64,000 nt of DNA from the human T2T-CHM13v2.0 reference genome, Homo sapiens. The position numbers and the translations under genes were made by a program. Location of the stretch: the NCBI RefSeq assembly GCF_009914755.1, contig NC_060925.1. One strand, written 5' to 3'. Below are positions 1 to 12,898 of the stretch, in pieces (the stretch's first letter is position 1; the number at the start of each line of letters is the position of its first letter). Under the pieces are notes generated by a model, which saw nothing but the letters and a program-made list of their open reading frames with translations, was not told the origin of the DNA and ran no database searches.

Positions 1-180
1 CCTCTCGGTGGGGCGGGGGTGCAAGGGGAGGGAGAGCATCAGGACTAATAGCTAATGCATGTGGGGCGTAAAACCTAGATGATGGGTTGATAGGTGCCGC
101 AAACCACCATGGCACACTTATACCTATGTAACAAACTTGCACATTCTGCACATGTATCCTGGAACATTAAAAAAAAAAAA
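1..180 (+). mobile_element. L1PA-type LINE-1 3' end with poly(A)
   Basis: G-rich tract, aaaccaccatggcac...tgtaacaaacttgcacattctgcacatgtatcc, then an A tail. Confidence 0.9.
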
Positions 181-1399
181 TACAAGTCACTGAAGTTGTA
201 AGTTGTTAAATTTACATAACAAATAAATATAGGGTAGTACTAGTATTTATAAAACAAAATCTCCAGGAGCTACGAGGAGAAACAAACAGAAAATCTTAGT
301 ATTAGGAGATATCAAGTCACCTTTTCTCAGTTCATGATACGCACACACACCACACACCTCACACCACTGAGGGCTTTATGGTGTGTGGAGAGCTGCCGCA
401 GAAGCCCTACCCTTAATTGGACATTCATTTTGTTCACTCAGGAATATTTGCAGGGCTGACTTGAGCGGGACTGGGAACTGGGAACATGCCAACAGTTAGT
501 GCCCTCAGAGCTTGGGAGGGTGTTCAGGAAGCAGGGACCCTGTCCTCCCACACTCCTTGGCTTTTTAAATAAAAGAATTGCTGCCATTCTGTGATTCCTT
601 GTAAGTCAGCCAACAGAGCTGAGCATTCTCTCTAGTTGATCTCACTGAGTATCAGGACCCCCATTTTACAGATGGGGAAAACCAACGCAGGGAGGATGAG
701 TCACTTGACCAAGTGGCAGGGCTAGGAACACAGAAGAATCGGTGGACACAGGGTTATCTCTGCACCAAAACAACTGGCCAGGGTGGGGTGGTTACATATA
801 ACTGGGCTGTAGCTTTCCAGGCTGGCTGGTTCACTCATTCAGTTCACCCCAGGCTGTAAGGACTGCCATGGGAGCCTGAGGCAGATGCTTGTCCTGTCAG
901 GGCCTCACCCAGCTAAAGTGTCACCCCACCCCTCCACAGACTGCTGCCTGACCCTGTGTCTAACTGTGATCTCTCAAAATCCTCCCTTTCCTGCAGAAAG
1001 CTGAATAGAGTCCATCTTTCTCATTTGATTCTTTCTCTAGTAATCCTAATCCTCCTGGAGGTTGATGAATGCCTGTGACAAAGCAGGTGATTCACATGGA
1101 AATGGAAATGCAAAAAGGGAAAAGTATATTAACATACTTCAAAAATATTCTTACTTATATAGCCTTTCATCTGTTGATCTATGTATTTTTAAGTTGTGGT
1201 TGGGGGTGGGAGGGTACTGTCTTAGAAAAATAAAGTGAAAACTTGTAGGTAAAAATATACGTGCAAGTTAATTTCATCTTTCTTTGTCATGCCAAAAAAA
1301 TGGAAAAGTCACACATTTGCAATAAAAATTATTCTATATCTATAATATTAAATGGTATTAGCTGTCAAAATATATTAATCTGGAAAGATATTCTTGTAA

Positions 1400-1752
1400 A
1401 TATTGTTGAATAAAACAACATTTTATTGGAAGTATTTTTCATGGCTATCTTTCCAGATCAATATATATCAATATATTGTTATATATATTTCCAGATCAAT
1501 ATATATTGTTAGGTATATAACATATATAACATTCATATATATAACATATATGACATCTATATAACATATAACATATATAGTCATATGTTTTATATGTTAT
1601 ATCCATAACATATGTTATATGCATAACAATATATGTTGAATATGTTATATACATAATATATATTGATCTGGAGATATGTATAACAATATATTGATCTGGA
1701 AAAATATCCATGAAAATATTGTTCAGTAAAATATTGTTTTACTCAACATTTT
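1400..1752. repeat. Imperfect AT-rich palindrome (~350 bp)
   Basis: tgttgaataaaacaacatttt...ttttcatggctatctttccagatcaatatat is mirrored by atatattgatctggaaaaatatccatgaaaa...aaaatattgttttactcaaca. Confidence 0.85.
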
Positions 1753-4606
1753 GAGTTGTAAATTGTAATATAGGTATTGCAAATCTTATGATAGATTTTA
1801 ATGTAATCTATTGTTGTAATATTAAAGGTATTACAAATATTTTTGTAATTAAAAAGAAATCTTCATACTTGTGTTTGTATATGATTTTATGGTAGTTGTG
1901 GAAGGATATACACTAATCATTTAACTCACAGTATTTTAGAAAGATCAAAATGGAAGCTGTATGAGAATATGAAGACAGAGAGAAATTTTTTCTTTAACTT
2001 AAAAAATGTATCTCTGGATTATTTTGGCTATTACAATAGTCATATTTATTTTACAATGAAATCAGTTAAAGATAAAAACCATTGCACTGACATTCTGGGA
2101 CATAAGTTCTGTGCACATTTTTGATTTGTTTATTTAGGATGGATTCCTACAAATGGAAATAGTGACTTAAAAGCTGTGAATATTTTTGAATGTTCTTGAT
2201 AGAGATTGCCCAAAGCAATAGCTTTTGAAACCTTTTTCTCTGAATATCCCTCCTAATATTCTCTCCATGTTAGAATAGGGCTCATATTTGAGGACTTTTG
2301 ACTCTCCAGATCCTTCTGTGATTTCTGCTCAGGGATTCTGTTTCTGGAATTTGGCAATTGTGTAATGTCACAGGTTGCATGGAGGTAGAGAGGCCGAAGA
2401 GCCCAACTCAACTCTTCTTTAACTGAGCAATTTAGTTTCTCTGAAGCTACTTTCCTGCCTGGTGTTCATGGAACCACTCGAGTGTACAGGTTAATAACGC
2501 TTCCATGCTTCCAGCCACTTCATTCATACAGGTAATTTCATATGATGAAGTGGTTGAAGGCAGTGAAAGTGAAGGTGAGATTTCAAGAGAAATATTTTTT
2601 AATCACAGTATATTTTTAATTTTAGTATCACTGGAAGATTAGATAATAAATTTTTTCCCATGAACTAGAGACAATAACTCTTCCAATTATTTCTTTTAAA
2701 ATGACTTCTTCTATTATTTATTTAATGCATAGTCATTACAGAAAAATGTAAAGGTAGTACAAAGATGGAGAAAGGAGAAAAGTAAATCCATCACTCAGAA
2801 ACAACCTCTTGTGTGTATTTGAGTTGTAAGCAAATATTACATATTTTGATGATGAACAGTGTTAATTATATATGATTTTGGGCCTAATTTTTATTTAATA
2901 ACATATACTACTATATTCTTTAATAGAATTTGGCAATAATTCAACATCTTATTACATAGATTTATCATAATTCATGCAGCTACTTTATTATATTTGAATA
3001 TTTAGCTTATTTTCAATTTTTCACTTTTAAGCTGAATATTTTTATCTCTGAATATTTCTATATATTGCTGACTACTTCTTTTTTGGAAGTTGTACTATTT
3101 GGTCTAAAAATGTGAAGATTTCAAGTGTTTGGTACTGGAGGCTCCCAGAGGGCAGAACAGTATCTGTTTTGTTCACCATGGATAGTGCAGTGCCTGACAC
3201 TTAGTGGGGATTGCTAAATGTCCCTAGTGAGTGAATGCACCTGGCCAAAGTACTCTTCAGAACTTTGCACCAGTATTTATTCTAAGCAGCAGGGTATGAA
3301 ACTTTACATTTCTGTGCGACTCATCAACAGATGATTTTAAAATCTGATAATTTTGATAGATGAAAAATCAGTTATATCTTATTTTATATTCTGTGAGTAA
3401 GTTAACCTCTTTAACTGTAAAGCTCCTATCATTTTAGAAGCAAATTATAATGATTTAGTATTCCCATGAATGAAACAAATGCCACAGTAAGCAATTTTTA
3501 GCAAATGGCTTTTTTTTTTTTAATACATTTCTTGGAACGCATGTGGCTTTTACAAGCAGATGAATTTGAATTTTCCTGCCCTTCATTCCATGTATCCCAG
3601 AGCAATGACTTTAGGCTTTTTTTTAAAAAAAAAATGCCTTTTACAGTTTAATCTCGAGTGTACTTCAGATTATTCAAGGCATTTAATATATCTTAAATAT
3701 ATATGCATCTCATAATATTTCAAATGAGCTCCGAATCATAACTTGTAGGGACAGAAACAGAATCAATAATAACAATATGTTTTCAATTGGGAACTTCTGA
3801 ATGTACCAGCAAAGCTACTCTAAGACTGGGCATAAATATATTCAGTTGGGAATGGAAAGAAAATTCTTATTATCTGGTGAGTCGAAGTGGTATAGGGGGA
3901 TTTGATTCTCCTGACTCAGTCTTCTCTGGGAAGGGAAGGGATGGAGATTTTTTATGCCCACTTCCAAATTCTTCGAAATTCTGCTCAAGTCCTAACTTGA
4001 GCTTTCTGTAATCATGGTTAGTGTCTTTCCAATTAGGGCTGTCTCTGGATATTACAAATTTGGAATTTAAAAAATGACTTTTGTTTACAACAATGCCTGA
4101 CATCCAAGACTATAGTCTGGAGCTGGTGATTCAAATTCCTATTTCGTTGGTTAAAAGTAGAGCAGTGGTGTCTTTTTCTTACATCTGTTTTTCTGTCATC
4201 ACTATCATTATCATCAGCATCATTTTCTTAAAGCAAATTAATGCTTCTGGATAACCTACTTCCTTTAGAATGCACAATACTCTTTTTGTTGTTTTTTTTT
4301 TTTTACCACTGTATTTTAAATTTTCTAATTCTTAGATCCCTGATTTTCAGAAGTTTGTAGATACCAATAACTTTATAAGAGGAGAGCTATAATTTAAATA
4401 AATTTAATTAAAACTATCTGCTAATTAAAATGTTTAGGTGACTGTGTGTTGGGGGGGGGGTATCTTAAAGAAAAGAACAAATTAGTGTGTGATTCTTGTG
4501 TAATATTTTACCCAATTTTGATTGGTAGAAAATTGGTTTTAAAATAGAAGGCATTTCTGATACTAGAAAAGTAGTTAAAATCCAGCTACAAGGTACAGAA
4601 AAAAGG

Positions 4607-4753
4607 GCTGTGGAACTAACATAATTTGATAGTTTAGTTTCATTTAAAATAAGTTACAAAGCACAAATAGGTATCTCAGGAAAAAATAAATGGCACAGAA
4701 ACACATATCTAAAACTACACTCACATATACAGACGTGAAAAATTAGAGTAATC
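4607..4753 (+). repeat. Copy 1 of a ~145 bp dispersed direct duplication
   Basis: cataatttgatagtttagttt...aattagagtaatc recurs at 7076-7229. Confidence 0.9.
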
Positions 4754-5132
4754 GATAGTGCTGATTATAATATTTATAATAGAATCTTGTTTTGATTGGA
4801 AGCCCAATGACATAAAAATCCATTCATGCTGAAAAGTATTTTCTGCAATTATATAATAAAGCAGCATTGAACTTATAATTATTGAAACACAATAAAAAGA
4901 GACCTTGATTAAAGATGAAAATATATATATATTTTAAGATATTGTTTCACATTGTCAACATTTCAGAGAAAATAGAATAGCTCAACAGATTCACTTAATC
5001 CCTTTGTTAGTCATCACATTTGATCATGGTCTCTGTTCTTTAAAATACATATTGGATTCACTTAAAGGTATATTTGATACTTTTTCCCCACCTCAGTGTT
5101 ACTGGTAGGTTGAAAATTCTTGCCCTCTCTTT

Positions 5133-5323
5133 ACATACTTCTGCCACATTTCCCATGAAGAAGAGTTATACTGTGGAAGGCAAACACTTTTTAAAAAATG
5201 ACGTAACATATATCTTAGACCTTAGATCTTAGACATGTATCTTCTACCATATTTCCCATGAAGAGTACTTACATTATGAAAGGCAAACACTTAAAAAAAA
5301 TGATGTAACATATATCTTAGACC
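5133..5323 (+). repeat. Degenerate tandem duplication, ~100 bp period
   Basis: atttcccatgaaga...aaggcaaacactt...gtaacatatatcttagacct occurs twice. Confidence 0.85.
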
Positions 5324-6200
5324 TGAGGTATACTTTGAGTATGCAATAGTGAACTGACTGCTGGTTGACATAATTACTGTGTTGCAAATCAAGATTTATT
5401 ACTGATGGAAAATCAAACTTTTCTAGGTCGGTTGCAAATCTCAGCTTTCATCTGGGTTTAGGAGTTTTGGTTTTGAAATTCTGAAAAGAAAATCAATTCT
5501 TGTGAACCCTTGCATTTACCTGAGCAGTCCCTTACCCCTAACTGTGTGAGACGGTATTGAAAGTATAAGTACATTTGGAAGATTTTATAAATCATTAAGA
5601 TCATTTTAACTTTAGATTTTAAAGGTGAGACTGGCTTTAAAATTCCATGTTGCTAGTTGACATAAGGAGCATTTCCTCAATTGTCATTGGGGTGTCTTTG
5701 ACAGTAATGTGAACATTCACCAGCCAGTCTCAAATACAGGATTTGAGGGAAGAATCAACAATTGCTGGCAACCCTATATATTCAGAAAAAAACTGAATAA
5801 AATAGGAAATCATTTATAATGTAACCTACTTTGGTTTTCTTTTAAGGAAAATATCTTACATAACGAAGAATGCTATTTGATAAATGTAGATTTTCTTAGA
5901 AATATTCTTCACTTTCTCTATTCCTAGAAGTTGTAACCATTGTTTTCAAGTGTGTTGAAATGTTTGTTTTAATCATAAGGCAGGTCTTGCCAATCATATG
6001 TGTATCCAATCCCCAACCCTCCAGATAAAATTTTTTAGCTTAAAATGCCACTGAAACATTTCTCTGTAGGCGATTTCCTCTGGTTTTTCCTCCCTGTGTA
6101 CAATGAATAGAAGTCTTTTGCTATGGAAATGATGGAATAACAGTTTCAAATAAGACTGTCAATGAGATTACAAGAATTGTGGAACAAATGTAAAATATAA

Positions 6201-6497
<297 letters not shown>

Positions 6498-7075
6498 TAA
6501 AACATTTTAAAGACATTTTTACTATATTATTTTTATCTGGATTTTTTATTTTTCATTCAGAATATGTTTCAGATGTTTTAAAATGTACACTTTCACACAG
6601 TGAAAATAAAGGTAGAGGTGAATAACTTACTATGTGTCAAACAATGTGCTGAGCACCTTTCATGCATTATCTTATTTAATCCTAACACAACTGTATGGAG
6701 TTAAGATGCTGTTTTTTTATCTTTATTATGCAGTTGAGGAAACTGAGGCTTAGACAAGTTATGTGGCAGAACCAAACTTAACTACATAGTAAGACTAAAA
6801 CCCTCTTTAGTAAGAAAACTAAAGATTTTATAAAGAACTTGTAATTTTTTTTCTTATCAAAACAGTTATACAAAGTTACCCATGGAGATGAATTTTGCAT
6901 TTACTTGGGATTAAATTCAAAAGAAATTTTTGCAGTAGTCTTTTCTCAAGGGGCATTGATACACTGATAAAATAGTGCCAATTATGGTTTTACAGAAGAT
7001 AGAGAAATTCAGTTATAGTTGTATGCTGGTCTTTTTTAACGACTGTAAGAACGAGAATGAACCCATTGAAGCCTT

Positions 7076-7229
7076 CTGTGATTAACATATCATAATTTGA
7101 TAGTTTAGTTTTATTTAAACTAAGTTACAAAACACAAGTGGTTGTCTCAGGAAAAAATAGATGACACAGAAATACATATCTAAAGCTACATTCTCATATA
7201 TGGAAACATTGTGACGAATTAGAGTAATC
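7076..7229 (+). repeat. Copy 2 of the dispersed direct duplication
   Basis: Matches 4607-4753. Confidence 0.9.
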
Positions 7230-7745
7230 AATCAGGGTTCAGCCAGAGATGCAGAACCAGTGGAGATATGTATATATTAAGGCATTTATTATATAGGTTT
7301 GCTTAATGAGATTGTGAGGGCTGGGTAAGTAAGCCTGACACCTGCCGTGCAAGTGGTCTGGCCAGGATGATTATGATCAGGCTGGAATCCTTAGGCATGG
7401 GCTGATGCTGTTGGCCACAGGTGGTAAGGAAGAGAGAACCAAGAGCAGGGTAGAGTCCCATGGAAACTAGCTGTAGTTTATGTGCTCAGGGAAAGCCTGA
7501 ACCCTTTGAAAGAGCTCACCTGGTTAAGTATCATCCACCTTGGATAATCTCTCGTTTGATTTACTCATAGTCAATTGATAAGGAACCTTAATTACCTCTA
7601 CAAGATCCCTTGACCTTTGCCATCTAAGGTAACCTCATTGCAGGAGTGATATCCTGTTCTATTCATTGGTCCCACGCACACTCTAGGGGAGGGTATTGTA
7701 CGGGGTGTTAGAGGGCTGTTATTTAGGCACTGTGACCTTAAGCTT
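7230..7745 (-). mobile_element. Old MLT-type (MaLR/ERVL) LTR relic
   Basis: tcagggttcagccagagatgcagaaccag and ggataatctc...ccttaattac...ggagtgatatcc resemble MLT consensus blocks. Confidence 0.6.
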
Positions 7746-8280
7746 TGTGGCTACGGCTGTGGAAGCCCCTCATAGACCCCTTCAGCATGAGAAACTTTAA
7801 AAATCCTTTCTTTCCACAAACTCACTTACCAGAGTAACTTCTCCTGAGAAGCCGAGGGATAATGTGTGATTTTCCTTTTTTTTTTTTTTTTTTTGCATTT
7901 CTGTCCTGGAAGGGCTAACTAAGCCTGGCCTGGCCTGTCAGTACCAGTCGTTTCTCTTACCACGTAACATTTTTAGACTTTCTTTTCACAGTGACCAACT
8001 ATTCTGGGCTGCAGTGCGGCACCATAAAGGAGCAAATAAAAAAATTCTTTTGACTTTTTAATTTTTTTCTAACTTTAATCATTATTTGTCTTAAAGAGAC
8101 CTGGCTATTAAGAAATCAATAAAAACTCCATCATCTGAGGATCTATTAGTTACCTGATAGAGTAATTTGGATAGACATACGGATGATTTTAACTATGCTA
8201 GAAGAATTCCTCTGAACCGCATGCTCTGTATTATAAGAAATAATTCTATAGGACTAGTTTTAGTCTTTTACTGAGTCTAG

Positions 8281-8767
<487 letters not shown>

Positions 8768-10778
8768 ACATCTGGGTCTATTTTAATATTCATTTGAAAA
8801 TTAGATGTTCCAAGCACTTACGAATGGGATTATTTGAATGCTCATAATGGGAGTAGTTTGTCAGCACAGTTTTTATGGGAAATCTGAAGGGATTTCCAGA
8901 AATTCATCAAGGATCTGACATTTGCAGGCTGTTCTGGTCCTGAGGTTATGTGGGGTCAGGCTGGAGGAATCAGACATATGATTCCTGCTGTCAAAAAGGT
9001 GAATGATAGTCAAGTGGAAAGAAGACAATTGAGGAACAGTTTTAACAAAGTGCCAACATTTCCCTGATAGTGAAAGTACAACATGCTATGAGAGTACATG
9101 AATGAAAAGAGAAAATATCCATACGCACCTCTTAGACTGAAAAAGCAGTGCTTGCAATAATTCTAGACTGTGCTGAAAAGAGTCATTTTATCTTTGAGTA
9201 TTTTTATAGCTCTTAAGGTCTCAAGATTATTCTTGCAGGATAGAAGACTATAAAAGTTAAAAATTTACAGGTTTTAATGAATAAGATAATGCTTATAAGA
9301 TAATGCTAAGATTAGGAGGATCTTGACATTTTCTTGATTAAATGTAGGAGGCATAGGAATTAAATTTTATATAGTCTTTTGAAGGAGGTTTCCATTTAAT
9401 AGCAAAATACTTAAGCTAGAGTGTTTTAATGGCAATCTGATCTACAGATTGAAAAATTTCTACTGATTAACTTTTAATTTCATTAACTCTTTTTTATACA
9501 ATTCCAATCTGATGCTAAGCTGACCCAGTTAATTTTGTATTTAAATTATTTTCATTTTTCTATTTCATTTATTTTTGTGATGTATAATTTAGCTCTATTC
9601 ATTATGTATGTGTTTTCCTTTATATTTTTGAACATATTTTATATTTATAATAGTTGCTGTAAAGTCCTCGTCTGCTAGTTGTAGGATCTGGGCCATCTTT
9701 GCATTGATTTGTATTGCCTATACTCTTGTTGTTTTTGTTTTTCCAAAAAATATAGCTCACATTTCTAGTTTCTTTGTATCTGCTTATTTTTGACAGTATA
9801 TTGGATATTGGGAATGATATGTAGTAGAGGCTCTGAATTTCAAGTTTTTTTCTGAAGAGTGATTTTGGTTTTGCAGGCAGTTAACCTTGTTGGGTTGAAA
9901 CTTCAGTTTTCTCTCTTTTACATGAGGAGTTGCTTATATTTTTACTCAAATCTTTCAGCTTCCATCTGTTGCCATTATACTGGACTTTCCTCCAGCATAC
10001 ATAGTCAGCAGAATTTGGATAATTTTTTTACAAAGATTTTGTAGATAACTTTGTGTCCAGGATTTAGCCCATCTAATTATTTTGTTGCTTGTGGTCCCTG
10101 AAGCATATCCTCTGATACCTCAAGCCCATAAAGCAGCAGATTGCTGCTGCCAGAGTAGCAGACAGATTGGGCACTGCATGCCCCAAGGCAAAAGGCAGCC
10201 ACCTACCAATCACGCAAGGTGCTGTTTGTCTTTTGAGAGATCTACTTTTCAATTTCTTCCTGCTTTTGGTCCAAGTGCCTTTAAGTCAATTCTTAAAAGG
10301 ATTTTTTCCAAATTTTATAATAGTTTCTATAGGAGAATTCACTCCAGTGAATTACTTCATCATTTTCCAAAGTAGAACAACTCAAAAGAAAAATAAAATT
10401 TAAAAGCTGATGCCAAAATTAAGGCCATTAATATAGATATGGTACAGCTAATACAGAGTTTTAGTAAGATTATTACTTGCCTAATCTGAGCACTTTATTT
10501 CCAGTAATACAGGCTACTATTCTGTTGGATGCTTTTACTAGATGTCACATTTGTTGTTCATGCTGTACTTCAGCTTACGGTCATTCAAAGGATCTAGATT
10601 ATTTTCATCTGAATTTCTCCTAAGCCTGAGCTACAGAAAATGACAGGAGATAAAGAAGGAAAGAACATGGATGGCCTTTGGTCTTTCATTCAGCAAGTGT
10701 TCTCACTTATTTTTTCTAATGTAACTTCAGCATTTTTTACCTCACTCAAGGGTCATAGTAATTATTAAAACAGTCATC

Positions 10779-11088
<310 letters not shown>

Positions 11089-12733
11089 TCACAATTAAAT
11101 CTTCTAATCCAGAGACGGATGTGAAATACATCAATAAAATACAAAGAAAGCATAATTTCACAATTAATGTTTACGTGACTTCTTAATATATAATCCATGC
11201 ACCCATAAATAGTCTAGACACAAACCAATTTGCTTGAAGAAAAGACCAAAAAAAAAAAATGTTAGAGGCTCACTGTTCTATTCTGAAGAGATAATTACAG
11301 TGTTCTATTTTTATCACAGAATTTAATTTTTCTATTGACAGGGTTGGTAAAAGTAGATTAGTAGTTTATCTAGGTTGATAGAATGAAATTGGAATGGTTT
11401 TATTGTCTGTTTTATTACAGATACTTAGAATAGTGTTTCAGGTTATTTGCATAATGATTGAATCAACTTAATTGATAATTATATATTTTCTTAGTTGACC
11501 TTGACATTTTGTGTTAAAAATTTCAACTCATTTTAATTTTAATTTTCAATTGTTTATGGAGTGTTCATAATCATTTTCAGGTCATTAATTATTAATACAT
11601 TATGCAAATGACATGAAAAATCTGTTAAACCTTGGGGTTATTTTAAAATTGTTCGTTTTTGTTTAGCAGACATACATTTTACTCTGACTGAATCTTCAAA
11701 ACATTCGTTTAACTATAATTCTAAATAAAAGTCATAAGACCAAAGACATAGAAGACACGTAAAGTAAATTAACAAGGAAGGTTAGACCAAGGAAGAAAAA
11801 AGAATAAGAGACTAAAGAAAGGAGGTACCTTTGGCTTTTTCATTGCTGCTTTAGGGACTGTACAGGACTTTAAGACATAGTGAGTTCCTGAAGATCACAG
11901 CTATGCATGGGAGGAAAAATGGAAAGAGTATGTTGGAGGAGGAAGTGCTGACATAAACAGAGATTTGAAAAAAACATTTGGCTGGTGTCAGAGGATGGAT
12001 TGCTACTTCCTAGGAGAGGAAGCTTGGCATAGTAGTCCTTTAAGAGTGAATACCTCTGTAGTCTGAGTTGGAAATTGCAGTAGTAGAAACTGAATTTTAG
12101 CTTTGATTAGTTCAAAATAAATAATCATTTTAATAGGTTCATTAACAATCGTTGTCACCGTTATTATTGTCAAAGTTGTCAAAAAATTTTGAAGTGTTTA
12201 TCCCGGGGACACTATTCTGAAATCTACATGCATTATCTTAATTTTTTTTTGATCCTATGGAGAGGTACCTTATTAGCTTTATTTATGGATGAGAAAACTG
12301 AGGCTTAAAAGGTTTAATTAACTTGCTAACATCTTAGAGGTAATGAGTGGCAGAGGCTGGACTCAAAACTAAATCTCTCTGTCCCCCAAATCTATGCTCT
12401 TAATCACTAATAATGAAAAAAAAAATCCACAAAAACCCAGGAAGTATGTTTAGCTTAACTACTGATTTTAAGATCTCTGGTTTGGAGTTGGCCATTATGC
12501 AACATAAAATTTAAAAATTTTACATTATGGCAAAAATAGTGTTTTACCAATGTGAATAATTCAAGCATAAGTTAGAGGTCGAACTGTTAGAGTAAAATAT
12601 TTGGCCATTATTTCAGGGGACTTCAGAGGGCTGAATTTTTCAAGGAACATATTTGCAATAAGGCAAAATTCTATTGCCATACACTAGTATTTTTGAAATG
12701 TTTACTGACCTTTTTTTCCTCCTCTCCCCTTAG

Positions 12734-12898
12734 GAAAAATTGGATGTAGGGGTGAGAAAAGAAGTAGATGGCATGGGAACATCTGAAATAAAATACGGTG
12801 ACTCAGTATGCTATATACAACATGTAGACACAGGCCTATGGCTTACTTACCAGTCTGTGGACGTGAAATCCGTGAGAATGGGATCTATACAACGTAAG
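12734..12898 (+). CDS. RYR2: RYR2 coding exon (exon 13 by recall), 165 nt, phase 0-0, EKLDVGVRKEVDGMGTSEIKYGDSVCYIQHVDTGLWLTYQSVDVKSVRMGSIQRK
   Basis: Polypyrimidine tract then tag| at 12733; 55 open codons; AAG|gtaagg donor. Peptide recognised as the RyR2 N-terminal domain. Not in the ORF track. Confidence 0.97.
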
